Below, piece by piece: positions 26,020 to 34,596 of a stretch of DNA of 64,000 nt. Below the pieces are notes generated by a model, which did not search any database, was not told the origin of the DNA, and worked only from the letters and a program-made list of their open reading frames with translations. Source of the DNA: a virus; IMG/VR virus record IMGVR_UViG_3300010383_000010, positions 241 through 64,240 of that record. One strand, given 5' to 3'. The translations under genes were made by a program, and so were the position numbers. Position 1 is the first letter of the stretch. Every line of letters starts with the position of its first letter.

Positions 26020-26283
26020 ATGCACAAATTGCAGATTGGGATTATCGCCGGAGTCGCGGTTGCCGTTATGGCCATCTATGCCGGCGCGAGCGAACCGCCC
26101 GCCGTTCGTTACGACGCAGCGTACTGCGCAGGCCGATTGAGCGACTTGCGCAGTTTTAATGCCGGCGCAGCCCCGCGGGGCGCACCGCTGACAAAAGCCA
26201 GCACCCGCGCATACGTCGAATCTTGCGCGGCGCACGATACACAATTTGCCGCGCTTGCTAAGTCGGCGCTCGCGGCCAACTAA
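26020..26283 (+). CDS. Small secreted/membrane protein with two Cys (moron)
   Basis: GGAGG RBS, hydrophobic N-terminus, antisense to tail operon. Confidence 0.65.
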   Translation: MHKLQIGIIAGVAVAVMAIYAGASEPPAVRYDAAYCAGRLSDLRSFNAGAAPRGAPLTKASTRAYVESCAAHDTQFAALAKSALAAN

Positions 26284-26546
26284 CCATACCGCTTAACCAG
26301 CGCATCCAATTCTGCGTCGCTCGGCCCCTTGCGGTCGTCTTCCTTGTCGCCCCCCATACGCCGATTATATCCGGCTATGGCCGCAAGGTATTCCGTCAGC
26401 GTCGCGCGCCAGAAGGTTTCCGGCGCCCAACCAAGACAGCCAAACGCACCGCCCATCCAGTCTTTCCATGGGAACGGCGCGCTGGCATCTAACCCGCCGC
26501 TCTTGCTATCAGAGTCGCCGCCGCCTTTTACGCGGCGGCTTCCCCG
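26280..26546 (-). CDS. Tail assembly chaperone C-terminal part (lambda T-like), reached by -1 frameshift
   Basis: -1 frame open from slip site: PFPWKDWMGGAFGCLGWAPETFWRATLTEY...LDALVKRYG. Confidence 0.8.
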   Translation of the reverse strand, partial: RGSRRVKGGGDSDSKSGGLDASAPFPWKDWMGGAFGCLGWAPETFWRATLTEYLAAIAGYNRRMGGDKEDDRKGPSDAELDALVKRYG

Positions 26547-26857
26547 TTTCCCTCGTCGTCGTCCGCGAAGTGGTGCGCTAAGACGGCATTCAGCGCCTCG
26601 GCGCAGGCCTTGAAGTGCTTAAGCTTCAATTTGCCGGCCGCTTCTGCGCCATTTCCCTTGACGGTAAGCAACTCAATAGCCGCAACCGTGGCCGCCGGCT
26701 CTACAGCCGACAGCCTTTGGAACAGGTCCGACATGGACTTGCACTCAAGGCGAGTGGATACCGCCGACAAGCCAGCCATCGTGGCGGCAATGACAATTTC
26801 CGTGCCGCCAATCGTCAAGCCCACTTCGCCGCGGGCACCATTCACCTCAAGCGCCAT
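26528..26857 (-). CDS. Tail assembly chaperone (lambda G-like)
   Basis: Between major tail and tape measure genes; NGARGEV start. Confidence 0.85.
   Translation of the reverse strand: MALEVNGARGEVGLTIGGTEIVIAATMAGLSAVSTRLECKSMSDLFQRLSAVEPAATVAAIELLTVKGNGAEAAGKLKLKHFKACAEALNAVLAHHFADDDEGNGEAAA
26546..26552 (-). promoter_or_regulatory. -1 frameshift slippery site G GGA AAC
   Basis: In-frame X XXY YYZ heptamer near the end of G; -1 frame gives a 192-aa G-T fusion. Confidence 0.85.
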
Positions 26858-26859
26858 GA

Positions 26860-27291
26860 TTAGACCTCAGCCTCAAACGTAAGGGCATCCGCGGCATTGA
26901 ACGTGGCGTCGAAGCTCAGCGTCCCTTCTTGTTCGCCCGAGAGCGTAAAGTCGGTCACGTACCAAGGGCCGGTAAACGTTCCCAAGCCAGGCACGATAAC
27001 CTTGGCGTTGAAGATTTCAGCATCCGTCACATAGCCAATAAACGCAGTCGTCTCGGCGCTCTTGACGAACTTACCGGAACCAGAAAAAGTGCGATTCTTA
27101 ATGCCTGGAACGCCAGTCTTCTGCGGCGTGTCGCCGGGGTTGGTGCACGATGGGATGGTAGTATCAACGTCGTTTGCCGACATGTTGAAGCTACGAGTCT
27201 GAATCCCGCAGAGATTCTTAAACGTCTCGGGACTGTCGTTCTGCCCAATTTGAATGAGCAAAAGGCGGCCCGTCTGCTGGCCATCAGCCAT
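26860..27291 (-). CDS. Major tail tube protein (TP901-1/GTA-like)
   Basis: GRLLLIQIG, LCGIQTRSFNMSANDVDTT, FSGSG, PGLGTFTGPW.VT. Confidence 0.88.
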   Translation of the reverse strand: MADGQQTGRLLLIQIGQNDSPETFKNLCGIQTRSFNMSANDVDTTIPSCTNPGDTPQKTGVPGIKNRTFSGSGKFVKSAETTAFIGYVTDAEIFNAKVIVPGLGTFTGPWYVTDFTLSGEQEGTLSFDATFNAADALTFEAEV

Positions 27292-27307
27292 CAGCTATTC
27301 CTTTCAA

Positions 27308-27332
27308 GAAAAAGGCCGCTCGCTGGCGGCCT
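27308..27332 (-). terminator. Terminator-like hairpin after HNH gene
   Basis: AGGCCGC/GCGGCCT stem with A-run on left. Confidence 0.55.
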
Positions 27333-27337
27333 GTCGT

Positions 27338-28168
27338 TTAGATTAGATGTAGGCGCTTATCGCCCTTACTGATGTTATCCCGCCACCATAACGGCCGCAG
27401 GTTGGTTAGCGCCCAGCACGCCTTAAATTCCGGGTCGTCTTCGGTTTCGTAGTTGAAACTGGCGCGCGGGAGAATGTGATCGATATGCCATTCCCCCATA
27501 TTCTCCCAAGACATTCCGGGGAGAAACTGCTTTTCAATGTGGACGTACAATTCGTCGAGCGTGTAATCGACTAGAGACTCCCATTTACGGCCAGCCTTTT
27601 TCTCTCCGAGAGCAAGCTTTATTGCCGTCTTCATCCTCTGGTCGACGCGCTGTTTGGGCTGAGCACGATATTGCGCATCCCATTCAGCCATATAAGCTTT
27701 TCGTTCAGGCGTCTTATTGCGCTCTCGCGATTTTCGGTTTATCTCTTCGCGGTTGGCGTCATTATATTTTTGTGATCGCAATTTTCCGTGATCCGCGGGC
27801 AATCTTTCCTTATGCCGCCTTCTGTATTCTGCGACCTTTGCGGGGTCTCTAATCCGTCCGCGCTCGCGCTCACGGTTGACGACGATGACGCATTCTTTAC
27901 AGTATAATTGTTTTGCCGCGTTCCTCCGGCACGACTCACCGCAACGCCCGCACTTCATATCTTCGCCGATTGTGCAGGACGGAGGCCGTCTTTCCAGATC
28001 ATACAATCTTTGAATTTCTGCGCGTCGGTTGGTCTTACAGTCAACACAATGGACACGAGGTCGTCCATGCGACGGCGGAATCGGCACCTCGCAAAGTTTA
28101 CAAAACCTAATTTTTGAAAGAGTCCCTTGCGCTTTATCAAACAGCGCACTAATTGCAGCTTCAGCCAC
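27338..28168 (-). CDS. Free-standing HNH homing endonuclease with N-terminal CxxC motifs
   Basis: QFLPGMSWENMGEWHIDHILP..TNLRPLW..DNISKG. Confidence 0.85.
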   Translation of the reverse strand: MAEAAISALFDKAQGTLSKIRFCKLCEVPIPPSHGRPRVHCVDCKTNRRAEIQRLYDLERRPPSCTIGEDMKCGRCGESCRRNAAKQLYCKECVIVVNRERERGRIRDPAKVAEYRRRHKERLPADHGKLRSQKYNDANREEINRKSRERNKTPERKAYMAEWDAQYRAQPKQRVDQRMKTAIKLALGEKKAGRKWESLVDYTLDELYVHIEKQFLPGMSWENMGEWHIDHILPRASFNYETEDDPEFKACWALTNLRPLWWRDNISKGDKRLHLI

Positions 28169-28263
28169 TCGATGCTCCCAATAGCGTCGTTTTGGTCAGA
28201 GCCGGCACGGTGTTAGCGCACCCTGTCGGCTCGCTGCTTATATAGGCTTTAGCGCGGCTTTCT

Positions 28264-28698
28264 TCAAGACGCCTCAATGACTGCCGACATGCTAATTACA
28301 CCGTGGCCCGTGGTTCCGTCTTGGTCGTAGAAATACCGTTCACCGGTATTTGCCAGGTTGACCAGCCTGTTGCCCGGTAGCGCCAGCGCATAATGGTGCA
28401 GCGCCTTAACCACCTGCCAGCCTATCGCCCGCGCATCCTGCAGCGCACCACCGGGACTAACCGCTAATGGGTGGCTGTCGTCGGTCCACACATGCACGTT
28501 TAGCGTCACAAGCATGGAGTCGACGCATTCCATCGCATCGCGCGTCGAATAGGCGTCGTCGATCGTCACATACGGCGGCACGTAGCTTGCCGGCGCTCGA
28601 TAGAAGATGTTAGTCGCCGGCACCAATGCGGTAAGCCCGGCGTATGCTCGCAGGCGCGCTGTAGCAACGCCCACAAGCTCGTGCATTGGTGCGGCCAT
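28264..28698 (-). CDS. Tail terminator (DUF3168-like)
   Basis: PPYVTID..TLNVHVW..DGTTGHGV; position. Confidence 0.78.
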   Translation of the reverse strand: MAAPMHELVGVATARLRAYAGLTALVPATNIFYRAPASYVPPYVTIDDAYSTRDAMECVDSMLVTLNVHVWTDDSHPLAVSPGGALQDARAIGWQVVKALHHYALALPGNRLVNLANTGERYFYDQDGTTGHGVISMSAVIEAS

Positions 28699-28730
28699 GT
28701 TGTTTCCTTGTGGTGGCTACTTGCCGCCGG

Positions 28731-29234
28731 CTATTTGCCGAGCGACCGCTTAACCGCGTCGTTGACAGCCTTGGCAATCTTGCGCTTGGCCTGCGGTTTG
28801 ATCCGGCTCCAGTTACTAAACACATGGGGATGTGCGCGCGAGCCGGGATGCTGGACGGACGGCGTAGACACAAGCGAGCCATCCGCACCGAGAAACACAA
28901 GGTTCTTTCCGTTGCGCCCCGCAATCTTATGCGGCGCAGTCCCCCACTCCAGCCATCTCCAACGGAAATCGGCATAGATAGCGGCGGCATCCGGGTCTTT
29001 TGATTGCTTGCCGCCCACGGGCACAATACCAGGTCGATTCTTCTGAAAATCGCCTTGGATGCTTTCCATGTAGCCGCCGGTATCGTGCGGCGCGTCGGCG
29101 GAAATGATGTTGGCCGCGTCCTTGACGACTTCCAACTTCGCTTCGGCGGCTGCCTCCGTGACGCCCGGCGTGATGCGCTCCAGCTTTCGCATCAAGGCTT
29201 CGCGGCCGAGCACTTTTGCTTTGAATGCCATCAA
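28731..29234 (-). CDS. HK97 gp10-like tail completion protein
   Basis: APHDTGGYMESI, RWLEWGT. Confidence 0.82.
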   Translation of the reverse strand: MMAFKAKVLGREALMRKLERITPGVTEAAAEAKLEVVKDAANIISADAPHDTGGYMESIQGDFQKNRPGIVPVGGKQSKDPDAAAIYADFRWRWLEWGTAPHKIAGRNGKNLVFLGADGSLVSTPSVQHPGSRAHPHVFSNWSRIKPQAKRKIAKAVNDAVKRSLGK

Positions 29235-29243
29235 CTTACCGCC

Positions 29244-29627
29244 CTACGAAGCCGCACCCTCAATCACCAGCATTTCCAAAAACTGCCCCCGCTCATCGGG
29301 ATCCACGATGGTCGCAATGTCGAATACCCTTGGCGACGCGCCATTCGCGTCCTGCGCCTGCCGCGCATCCACAACCCGCCAATCGGTACGAACGGCCCGC
29401 GTTGCCGCACAATTGCGCACAATCAGGTTGTATGGTTGCTTGCTGGACAACCGGCTTGCCGCAAATGACTCGACGTCGCCGCCGAACTTAGGCTGCAGGC
29501 GGGCGGCGCATGTATATTGGTCGGCCCAAGGGCCGGGCACCTGATTCCCGTAGCCATCGTCGGCCGTGGTGCGCGCTTGGAACGTCACTCGCCGGTTGAG
29601 TTGGCCGGCTCCGTTGCGCTTTGCCAT
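29244..29627 (-). CDS. Head-tail adaptor (head closure)
   Basis: GAGQLNRRVTFQ..DDGYGN..W; IVRN. Confidence 0.85.
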   Translation of the reverse strand: MAKRNGAGQLNRRVTFQARTTADDGYGNQVPGPWADQYTCAARLQPKFGGDVESFAASRLSSKQPYNLIVRNCAATRAVRTDWRVVDARQAQDANGASPRVFDIATIVDPDERGQFLEMLVIEGAAS

Positions 29628-29797
29628 TCTGCGGGCACCTCGTCCTTATTCGTTTTGCGCAACCTAACGGCCTTGCCGGCTGCAATGGCTAGCGTGGCGC
29701 AGGCTGACGTTACCTGATAAACGCCGGGCTTGTAATCGACCGTCACAGCTGGCGTAGGCTTGTGGCTAAATGGTGAGGTTATTCTTATCCAAGCCAT
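29585..29797 (-). CDS. Small conserved neck-region protein
   Basis: TAATG overlap; WIRITSPF..YKPG..CATLAIAAGKA. Confidence 0.6.
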   Translation of the reverse strand: MAWIRITSPFSHKPTPAVTVDYKPGVYQVTSACATLAIAAGKAVRLRKTNKDEVPAEWQSATEPANSTGE

Positions 29798-30444
29798 TAG
29801 CGCCAACACCTCTTTACCCATTCATGCCGCAACTCATGCGGCTTTTCCTTGCCGTGGAAATACACAATGCGCGCATCACCAACGCCGGATTGCCGCACCG
29901 TGCCCTTGTAGGATTGCACCGCGCCAGGGAACAGATCGTCTATGTATGCGTGCGGATAACGCCGCACCCATTCCATGTCATTCTGGCCGGCGTGCTCTTC
30001 GGCAATGCGCGTCCATCCCTTGGGGATTAGTGCCACGCCGTTGCACGCTTGCCGCATCTTGTACGGGTCGCGCGGGAGCGCCTGCCGGTCCGCCGTCATG
30101 CAATAGTCAGCAAGCTTGTCACAATTGCCGGTTACAACGGTGTCGAGGCCAACCAGGATCATCGGTCCGTCAACGGCGTAGGCACGGATGCAGTCGCCGT
30201 AACCGCCTTTGCCTAAAGTCGGATCGACTATTTCAAAGATTGGTTCCTTGAAATCGCGCGCTCTATCCGTAAAGCACACAAACCGAAACGGTAGCGTCAA
30301 ATTGCGCTTGAAGCCTCGATAAAGGCGCTCAACCCATTCCTCAGTATACATCGAGGAAAACGATTGGCTGTGTTCGTTGGCTTGCCAGAACAGGGTGGCT
30401 ACGGTAAGCGCGCCGTCCTGTGCGGTGGCGCTCACGCCACCCAC
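29797..30444 (-). CDS. Glycosyltransferase-like protein (GT-A fold)
   Basis: YTEEWVERLYRGFKRNL..FRFVCFTD, LVGLDTVVTGNCD, ACNGV, GQNDMEW, IVYFHGKEKPH. Confidence 0.72.
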   Translation of the reverse strand: MGGVSATAQDGALTVATLFWQANEHSQSFSSMYTEEWVERLYRGFKRNLTLPFRFVCFTDRARDFKEPIFEIVDPTLGKGGYGDCIRAYAVDGPMILVGLDTVVTGNCDKLADYCMTADRQALPRDPYKMRQACNGVALIPKGWTRIAEEHAGQNDMEWVRRYPHAYIDDLFPGAVQSYKGTVRQSGVGDARIVYFHGKEKPHELRHEWVKRCWR

Positions 30445-30941
30445 CTGTGCCGCTTGTCGTTCCTGTTGGCGGGAACTTGCGCTAGATAGCCGTTGCGCTT
30501 GAACACCATTCCATCCGGCACGCTTCTGTCACAAACAGCGCCGGCAGCGACAACCGCGCCGCGCCCAATTCTAACCCCAGGCAAAACCACAGCGTTCGCA
30601 CCAACAATTGCCCCGTCCTCCACCACAACTGCCCAATGCTCATCGTCGCGCAGCAAATCGTCCCGATAGCCGCCCTTGTGCGCCGCCGGCCAACAGTCAT
30701 TCGCCAGCACAACGTTCGGGCCGAGAAACACATCGTTGCCGACCTTGAAGCCAGCGCCGCACTTGACGCCGCCACTCACGATCACGCGGTCACCGTAAAC
30801 GGAGCCGTCCAGCATCGCGAACGGACTAACCGAACACCCGGCACCCAGGCTCGTGCCGCGGGTAATCGAGGCAAACTGCCAAACGTTCGTGCCTTCACCT
30901 AAAACAACGTCGGCGTCGACGTGTGCAAGGGGGTGGATCAT
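30432..30941 (-). CDS. Hexapeptide-repeat (LbH) sugar acetyltransferase, WbpD/WlbB-like
   Basis: IHPLAHVD..LGEGTNVWQF, VFLGPNVVLAND, VGANAVVLPGVRIGRGAVVAAGAV. Confidence 0.88.
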   Translation of the reverse strand: MIHPLAHVDADVVLGEGTNVWQFASITRGTSLGAGCSVSPFAMLDGSVYGDRVIVSGGVKCGAGFKVGNDVFLGPNVVLANDCWPAAHKGGYRDDLLRDDEHWAVVVEDGAIVGANAVVLPGVRIGRGAVVAAGAVCDRSVPDGMVFKRNGYLAQVPANRNDKRHRWVA

Positions 30942-31303
30942 GTTTGCGGGTCCGCGCAAAGAGCCTCTTCCGTGAGCGTCCGCCACACACGATACGGCGC
31001 AAGCAGTGCCCTCACCGTGCGCGGCAGCATCGCCCCGTCAGCCTCCCACGATGCGGAACCGCGCCCTTCGTACATATCCTCCACCAGGAGCAAAACTGCC
31101 GCGGTAATGGGCGGCGTTACCTCCATGGCCGTGCCGTCATCGCCGGACGGCGCACTTCCGCCTTCTTCAAATACGATGCGGTCCAGATATTCCGTGACGA
31201 TGGTTTCCGCAGCAGACTGATACGCCGCCAAAATAGTATCGTCGTCGGTGAAGTCGGCCGCGTTGACGTGCTTTTTGACAAGCGCGGTATCTACAATTGT
31301 CAC
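30938..31303 (-). CDS. Head-tail connector (HK97 gp6-like)
   Basis: KKHVN..DDDTILAAY, AAVLLLVEDMYEGR, RALLAPYR. Confidence 0.9.
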   Translation of the reverse strand: MTIVDTALVKKHVNAADFTDDDTILAAYQSAAETIVTEYLDRIVFEEGGSAPSGDDGTAMEVTPPITAAVLLLVEDMYEGRGSASWEADGAMLPRTVRALLAPYRVWRTLTEEALCADPQT

Positions 31304-31947
31304 GCCGCCTCCAGTTCGCCGGCAGCGTCCACGCCGAACAGCGATGCAAAATCAATCTTCGGGAAATTCTCTAGCGCGCTGACCGGAGAGGCATTCAGAA
31401 CCTCAACACCGATTTCCGCCAAAAGCGGCGCGGTGTCATCCAGCGCCCGTCGCCAACGGTTGGCATTGGCAGACGTTGGGTTATGCAGTCCGCCGCCGTG
31501 CCGGCCGTGCCAATGCACGCCTTTGTCAACGCGCATGTCGTAGCCAACAAGCACAATACGCTTGGCGCCGAATTGCACGGCAAGGTTAAGCGCATGGAAG
31601 CCGCTATTGCCGCCCCAGCCTACCTCGCCGAATTTATTGATAAGCAGACTGTCATCCGCGCGCACGAGATGTATCTGCCTCAACCGCCACTCGGCGGGAG
31701 CGACGATCTCGTCGTTGCCTATCTTTAAGCCACCGAAGGACGGTACGCCGTCATTCTTTTTCCACCACTCGCCATCGCAAGCGTAAAGAACGTCAGCCCA
31801 AGGTGCCAGCTTGTACGAATTGTTAATGGCAATGACTTTTGCCTTGCCAAGCGCAAGGTCTATCGGGACTTCGACTGCGGACGGCCCCGACGCGACGATG
31901 ACGACTGTTTCTCCGAGCCAGTCAGGCCACCATCCGGGCGCCCCGAA
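31300..31947 (-). CDS. Rossmann-fold sugar-transferase-like domain (MptE/Maf-like or GT29-like), expressed as a frameshift fusion
   Basis: Frame open 31947-31300: ETVVIVASGPS, INNSYKLAPWADVLYACD, GGNSGFHALNLA..GAKRIVLVGYDM, HWHG.H; no ATG/GTG/TTG before 31683. Confidence 0.72.
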   Translation of the reverse strand, partial: FGAPGWWPDWLGETVVIVASGPSAVEVPIDLALGKAKVIAINNSYKLAPWADVLYACDGEWWKKNDGVPSFGGLKIGNDEIVAPAEWRLRQIHLVRADDSLLINKFGEVGWGGNSGFHALNLAVQFGAKRIVLVGYDMRVDKGVHWHGRHGGGLHNPTSANANRWRRALDDTAPLLAEIGVEVLNASPVSALENFPKIDFASLFGVDAAGELEAA

Positions 31948-32138
31948 AAAGGGTCGCGGCCATCGCCCCTCCGCTTCACGCTTTGCGGCGCTGCAGGGCG
32001 CTTTTCAATCGGCAACTCTTCGATGGCATAGCCGTTAGCGATAAGCTCGACGGCTTCCCAATTCGGAGCGTCGAACGTTTCACCCTTGCGAGCCGTGCCG
32101 TAGCTGCCCAGCGTCGTTTTTAGCGCGCGAAGTTTCAT
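31860..32138 (-). CDS. Small post-capsid protein (92 aa), N-terminal part of the frameshift fusion
   Basis: GGAG RBS, directly after major capsid gene; KGETFDA..AVELIANGYA. Confidence 0.75.
   Translation of the reverse strand: MKLRALKTTLGSYGTARKGETFDAPNWEAVELIANGYAIEELPIEKRPAAPQSVKRRGDGRDPFSGRPDGGLTGSEKQSSSSRRGRPQSKSR
31947..31953 (-). promoter_or_regulatory. Putative -1 frameshift slippery site C CCT TTT
   Basis: In-frame X XXY YYZ heptamer at codons 62-64; -1 frame continues 215 codons. Confidence 0.72.
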
Positions 32139-32150
32139 AAAATCTCCGGT

Positions 32151-32179
32151 AAGAAAAGGGCGGGCCGTTAAGCCCGCCC
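32151..32179 (-). terminator. Terminator after major capsid gene
   Basis: GGGCGGGC-CGTTAA-GCCCGCCC with A-run on left. Confidence 0.75.
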
Positions 32180-32188
32180 ATGCTTCAA

Positions 32189-33412
32189 TTACGAAGCGGT
32201 AGTCAGCGTGTTCAGGTCGCCCGTGACGAACGCTTCAGGGCGATAAACCGCAAGCCCAAGACGCTCCTCAACCCTCAGAGTCATGAGGTTCTTCTCGAAG
32301 TCGTCCGAGTTTTCGGTTGACAGCAGAACCTCGACTCCCATGCGATCGAAAATCTGCGCGGCGAGGTTGAACGCGCCAACCAGGAAGTCGCCAGCGCTCA
32401 TCGCCTGCGTCTGCACAACCGGCAAGCCCCAAAGGGTCGGGCCGATAGGCGAAAGAGCGCTGCCCACGATGTAGCGCTTCTCCGCGTCCTTGACGAGCTC
32501 GATGCGCGCCCAATCGGTCGGGTGCAGCACGAAGCCGCTGGCCGGGTACTCAGCCAAGATGACCTGCAGGACGGCAAGGCGCAGACGGTCAATCGCGGTT
32601 TCGTCCGAAGCATTGAACTCCGGCGCGAACGCAGTGGCCTGCGGGACAATACCGTTCAGGTTCTGACCGGAGCCGTTGCCGTTGAGGATCTGATTCTCCT
32701 CAACGTACTTCAGGCCATACGTACCGCGGGCATTGATGTAGCTAGCGAGCCCCGGAGCGTCGTCCATGATCTGGCGGGAAGCCTTGAAGATATGGGCGAG
32801 CGTGCGAACCGGGGTTGTCACCAGGTTGAAGGTGATGTCCGATTTGGGCTTGGTCGTGCCTTCGGTCACGGGGCGGGCGTTATTCGTGAAGCCCGTTTCC
32901 TTGACGTACTCAATCGAGCTGGCCGAAGTCTGCCCGGGCGCAAGTAGGTCACGGATGGTGAACTGACGATTCGGCGGGGCAACAATGCCAGGAACGCGCA
33001 TACCGGGGACCAGCGACGTACCAGCCGAGCGGCCGGCACCAACCGTGGTGTTGGACGAGGTGATATCGGCACGCTCAACGCCAACTCGGATCGAACCGCG
33101 CCAGGCGCCAACCTTGTCGATGTTCTTGAACGCCTCGGAAGCAACCAGATGATCGCCAAGGTCCATGCCCTCGGCCTCGACCACCTCGCGTTCGCGGGCG
33201 GCACGCTTCTCAAGTTCGCCGACGCGCGTAGTGGCGTCGCCAAGCTCCTTAAGAGCCTCGTCGACCTTGCCCTTCAGTTCGTCGGAAACGGCACCGGCAG
33301 CCTTCAGCTTTTCGGTGAAATCGGCGCCAAGATTGCCGACCTTTTCTTTGATATCGGCAAGCGAAGTGCCAAGCTCGCCGATCTTGTCGGCAAGCGCAGT
33401 GTTGTCAGCCAT
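32189..33412 (-). CDS. Major capsid protein, HK97 family
   Basis: N-terminal coiled-coil delta domain; TIRDLL, EGTTKPKSD, TLAHIFKAS, EERLGLAVYRPEAFV. Confidence 0.95.
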   Translation of the reverse strand: MADNTALADKIGELGTSLADIKEKVGNLGADFTEKLKAAGAVSDELKGKVDEALKELGDATTRVGELEKRAAREREVVEAEGMDLGDHLVASEAFKNIDKVGAWRGSIRVGVERADITSSNTTVGAGRSAGTSLVPGMRVPGIVAPPNRQFTIRDLLAPGQTSASSIEYVKETGFTNNARPVTEGTTKPKSDITFNLVTTPVRTLAHIFKASRQIMDDAPGLASYINARGTYGLKYVEENQILNGNGSGQNLNGIVPQATAFAPEFNASDETAIDRLRLAVLQVILAEYPASGFVLHPTDWARIELVKDAEKRYIVGSALSPIGPTLWGLPVVQTQAMSAGDFLVGAFNLAAQIFDRMGVEVLLSTENSDDFEKNLMTLRVEERLGLAVYRPEAFVTGDLNTLTTAS

Positions 33413-33471
33413 TAGCTGAGCCTTTCTATAACAATATTTGGGAACGCCGCCGCAGCGGCACTAAACCCGCG

Positions 33472-34587
33472 CTAGACGCGGAATGATTTCGCTTCGGTCA
33501 GAAGCCTTTCGACCGCTGCCAAAGCGGCAGCATCCGCATCGCCATCAGGTTCCCCCTGATCGGCCTTGAGGTAGAGCCGAGCGGCCCGCTCCGCCTCCGA
33601 ATTTGACAGGCCAGCAAGTCCCTTGAGGCCATTTTCAAATTCGCGAACTGTAATCTTTTCGCCGGCGGCCATCTTTGCCACCAGGTCGCGCGCAGCTTCG
33701 GCCTTGGCCTGGTTCTGCGCCTTAACGCGCCGCACATATGCAGGCATCGTGTCGGCTCCAAAGCGCGCCAGCGTCTCGTCAAGCGTCGCAACACGATCGA
33801 CCATGCCGCGGTCCATCAGGGCTTCAGCGTAAAACACACGACCCTGCCCGAAGCCGTCCTCAACCTTGCCGATCGTCGTGCCGCGGCCTTCAGCCACAGC
33901 GGCCACAAAGCGCTGATAGGAACGATTTACGCCGTCCTGTATATGTGCCAGCGTCTTCTTGCCAAGCGGTTCGGTTTCGTTGCCCTCAACCTTGTTCTCG
34001 CCGGCCGAAATGTACGTGCGTTTGATGCCTCGCTTTTCCAGCGCAGCCGAAATGTCGTCGTGCGCCGTATAAACGCCGATCGAACCGGCCCGCCCGCTGG
34101 GCGAAACAACAATCTCGTCCGCGCTCGCCGCAATCCAGTAGGCCGCACTAGCCGCAAGGTGGTTTACCTGCGCGATAATCGGCTTTTCGCCGCCGCGAAC
34201 GGCGCGAATCTCATTGGAAAGCTCCTCCGTGCCGGGGACAGAACCACCAGGACTGTCGACGTCCAACACAACAGCCTTGACGTCTTCATTGGACAGTGCC
34301 GAATGCAGCGCCTTGCGAATGCCGGCGTAAGACGTCCCGCCCGACATTGCCGAAAAAGCGTCCATTTTGTTCGCCAGGACGCCATAAATCGGGATAACCG
34401 CGATTTTACCATCCGTTTCGGCGACTTCCTTAGCTCGCGCATCGGAAACCGCAGCGGCGAACTCGGTCGAAAACAGCTTTTCGCCTTCGGCGCGGGCTAC
34501 GAGAATGTCGGCCAAAACGCCCAATTTCTCGCGCTGAATAGCCCATGGATCCGCCGTAAAGGCGTCCAGCAGGTGTTCAAACTTCAT
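33472..34587 (-). CDS. Prohead protease, S49 family
   Basis: LDVDSPGGSV, AASAAYWIAS, AGSIGV. Confidence 0.9.
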   Translation of the reverse strand: MKFEHLLDAFTADPWAIQREKLGVLADILVARAEGEKLFSTEFAAAVSDARAKEVAETDGKIAVIPIYGVLANKMDAFSAMSGGTSYAGIRKALHSALSNEDVKAVVLDVDSPGGSVPGTEELSNEIRAVRGGEKPIIAQVNHLAASAAYWIAASADEIVVSPSGRAGSIGVYTAHDDISAALEKRGIKRTYISAGENKVEGNETEPLGKKTLAHIQDGVNRSYQRFVAAVAEGRGTTIGKVEDGFGQGRVFYAEALMDRGMVDRVATLDETLARFGADTMPAYVRRVKAQNQAKAEAARDLVAKMAAGEKITVREFENGLKGLAGLSNSEAERAARLYLKADQGEPDGDADAAALAAVERLLTEAKSFRV

Positions 34588-34596
34588 TGAAATTCC

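Noticed and set aside
31300-31683. ORF-track start at TTG 31683 for the transferase-like gene
   Set aside because: It would omit the conserved-looking VIVASGPS and ADVLYACD motifs; the frameshift model fits better
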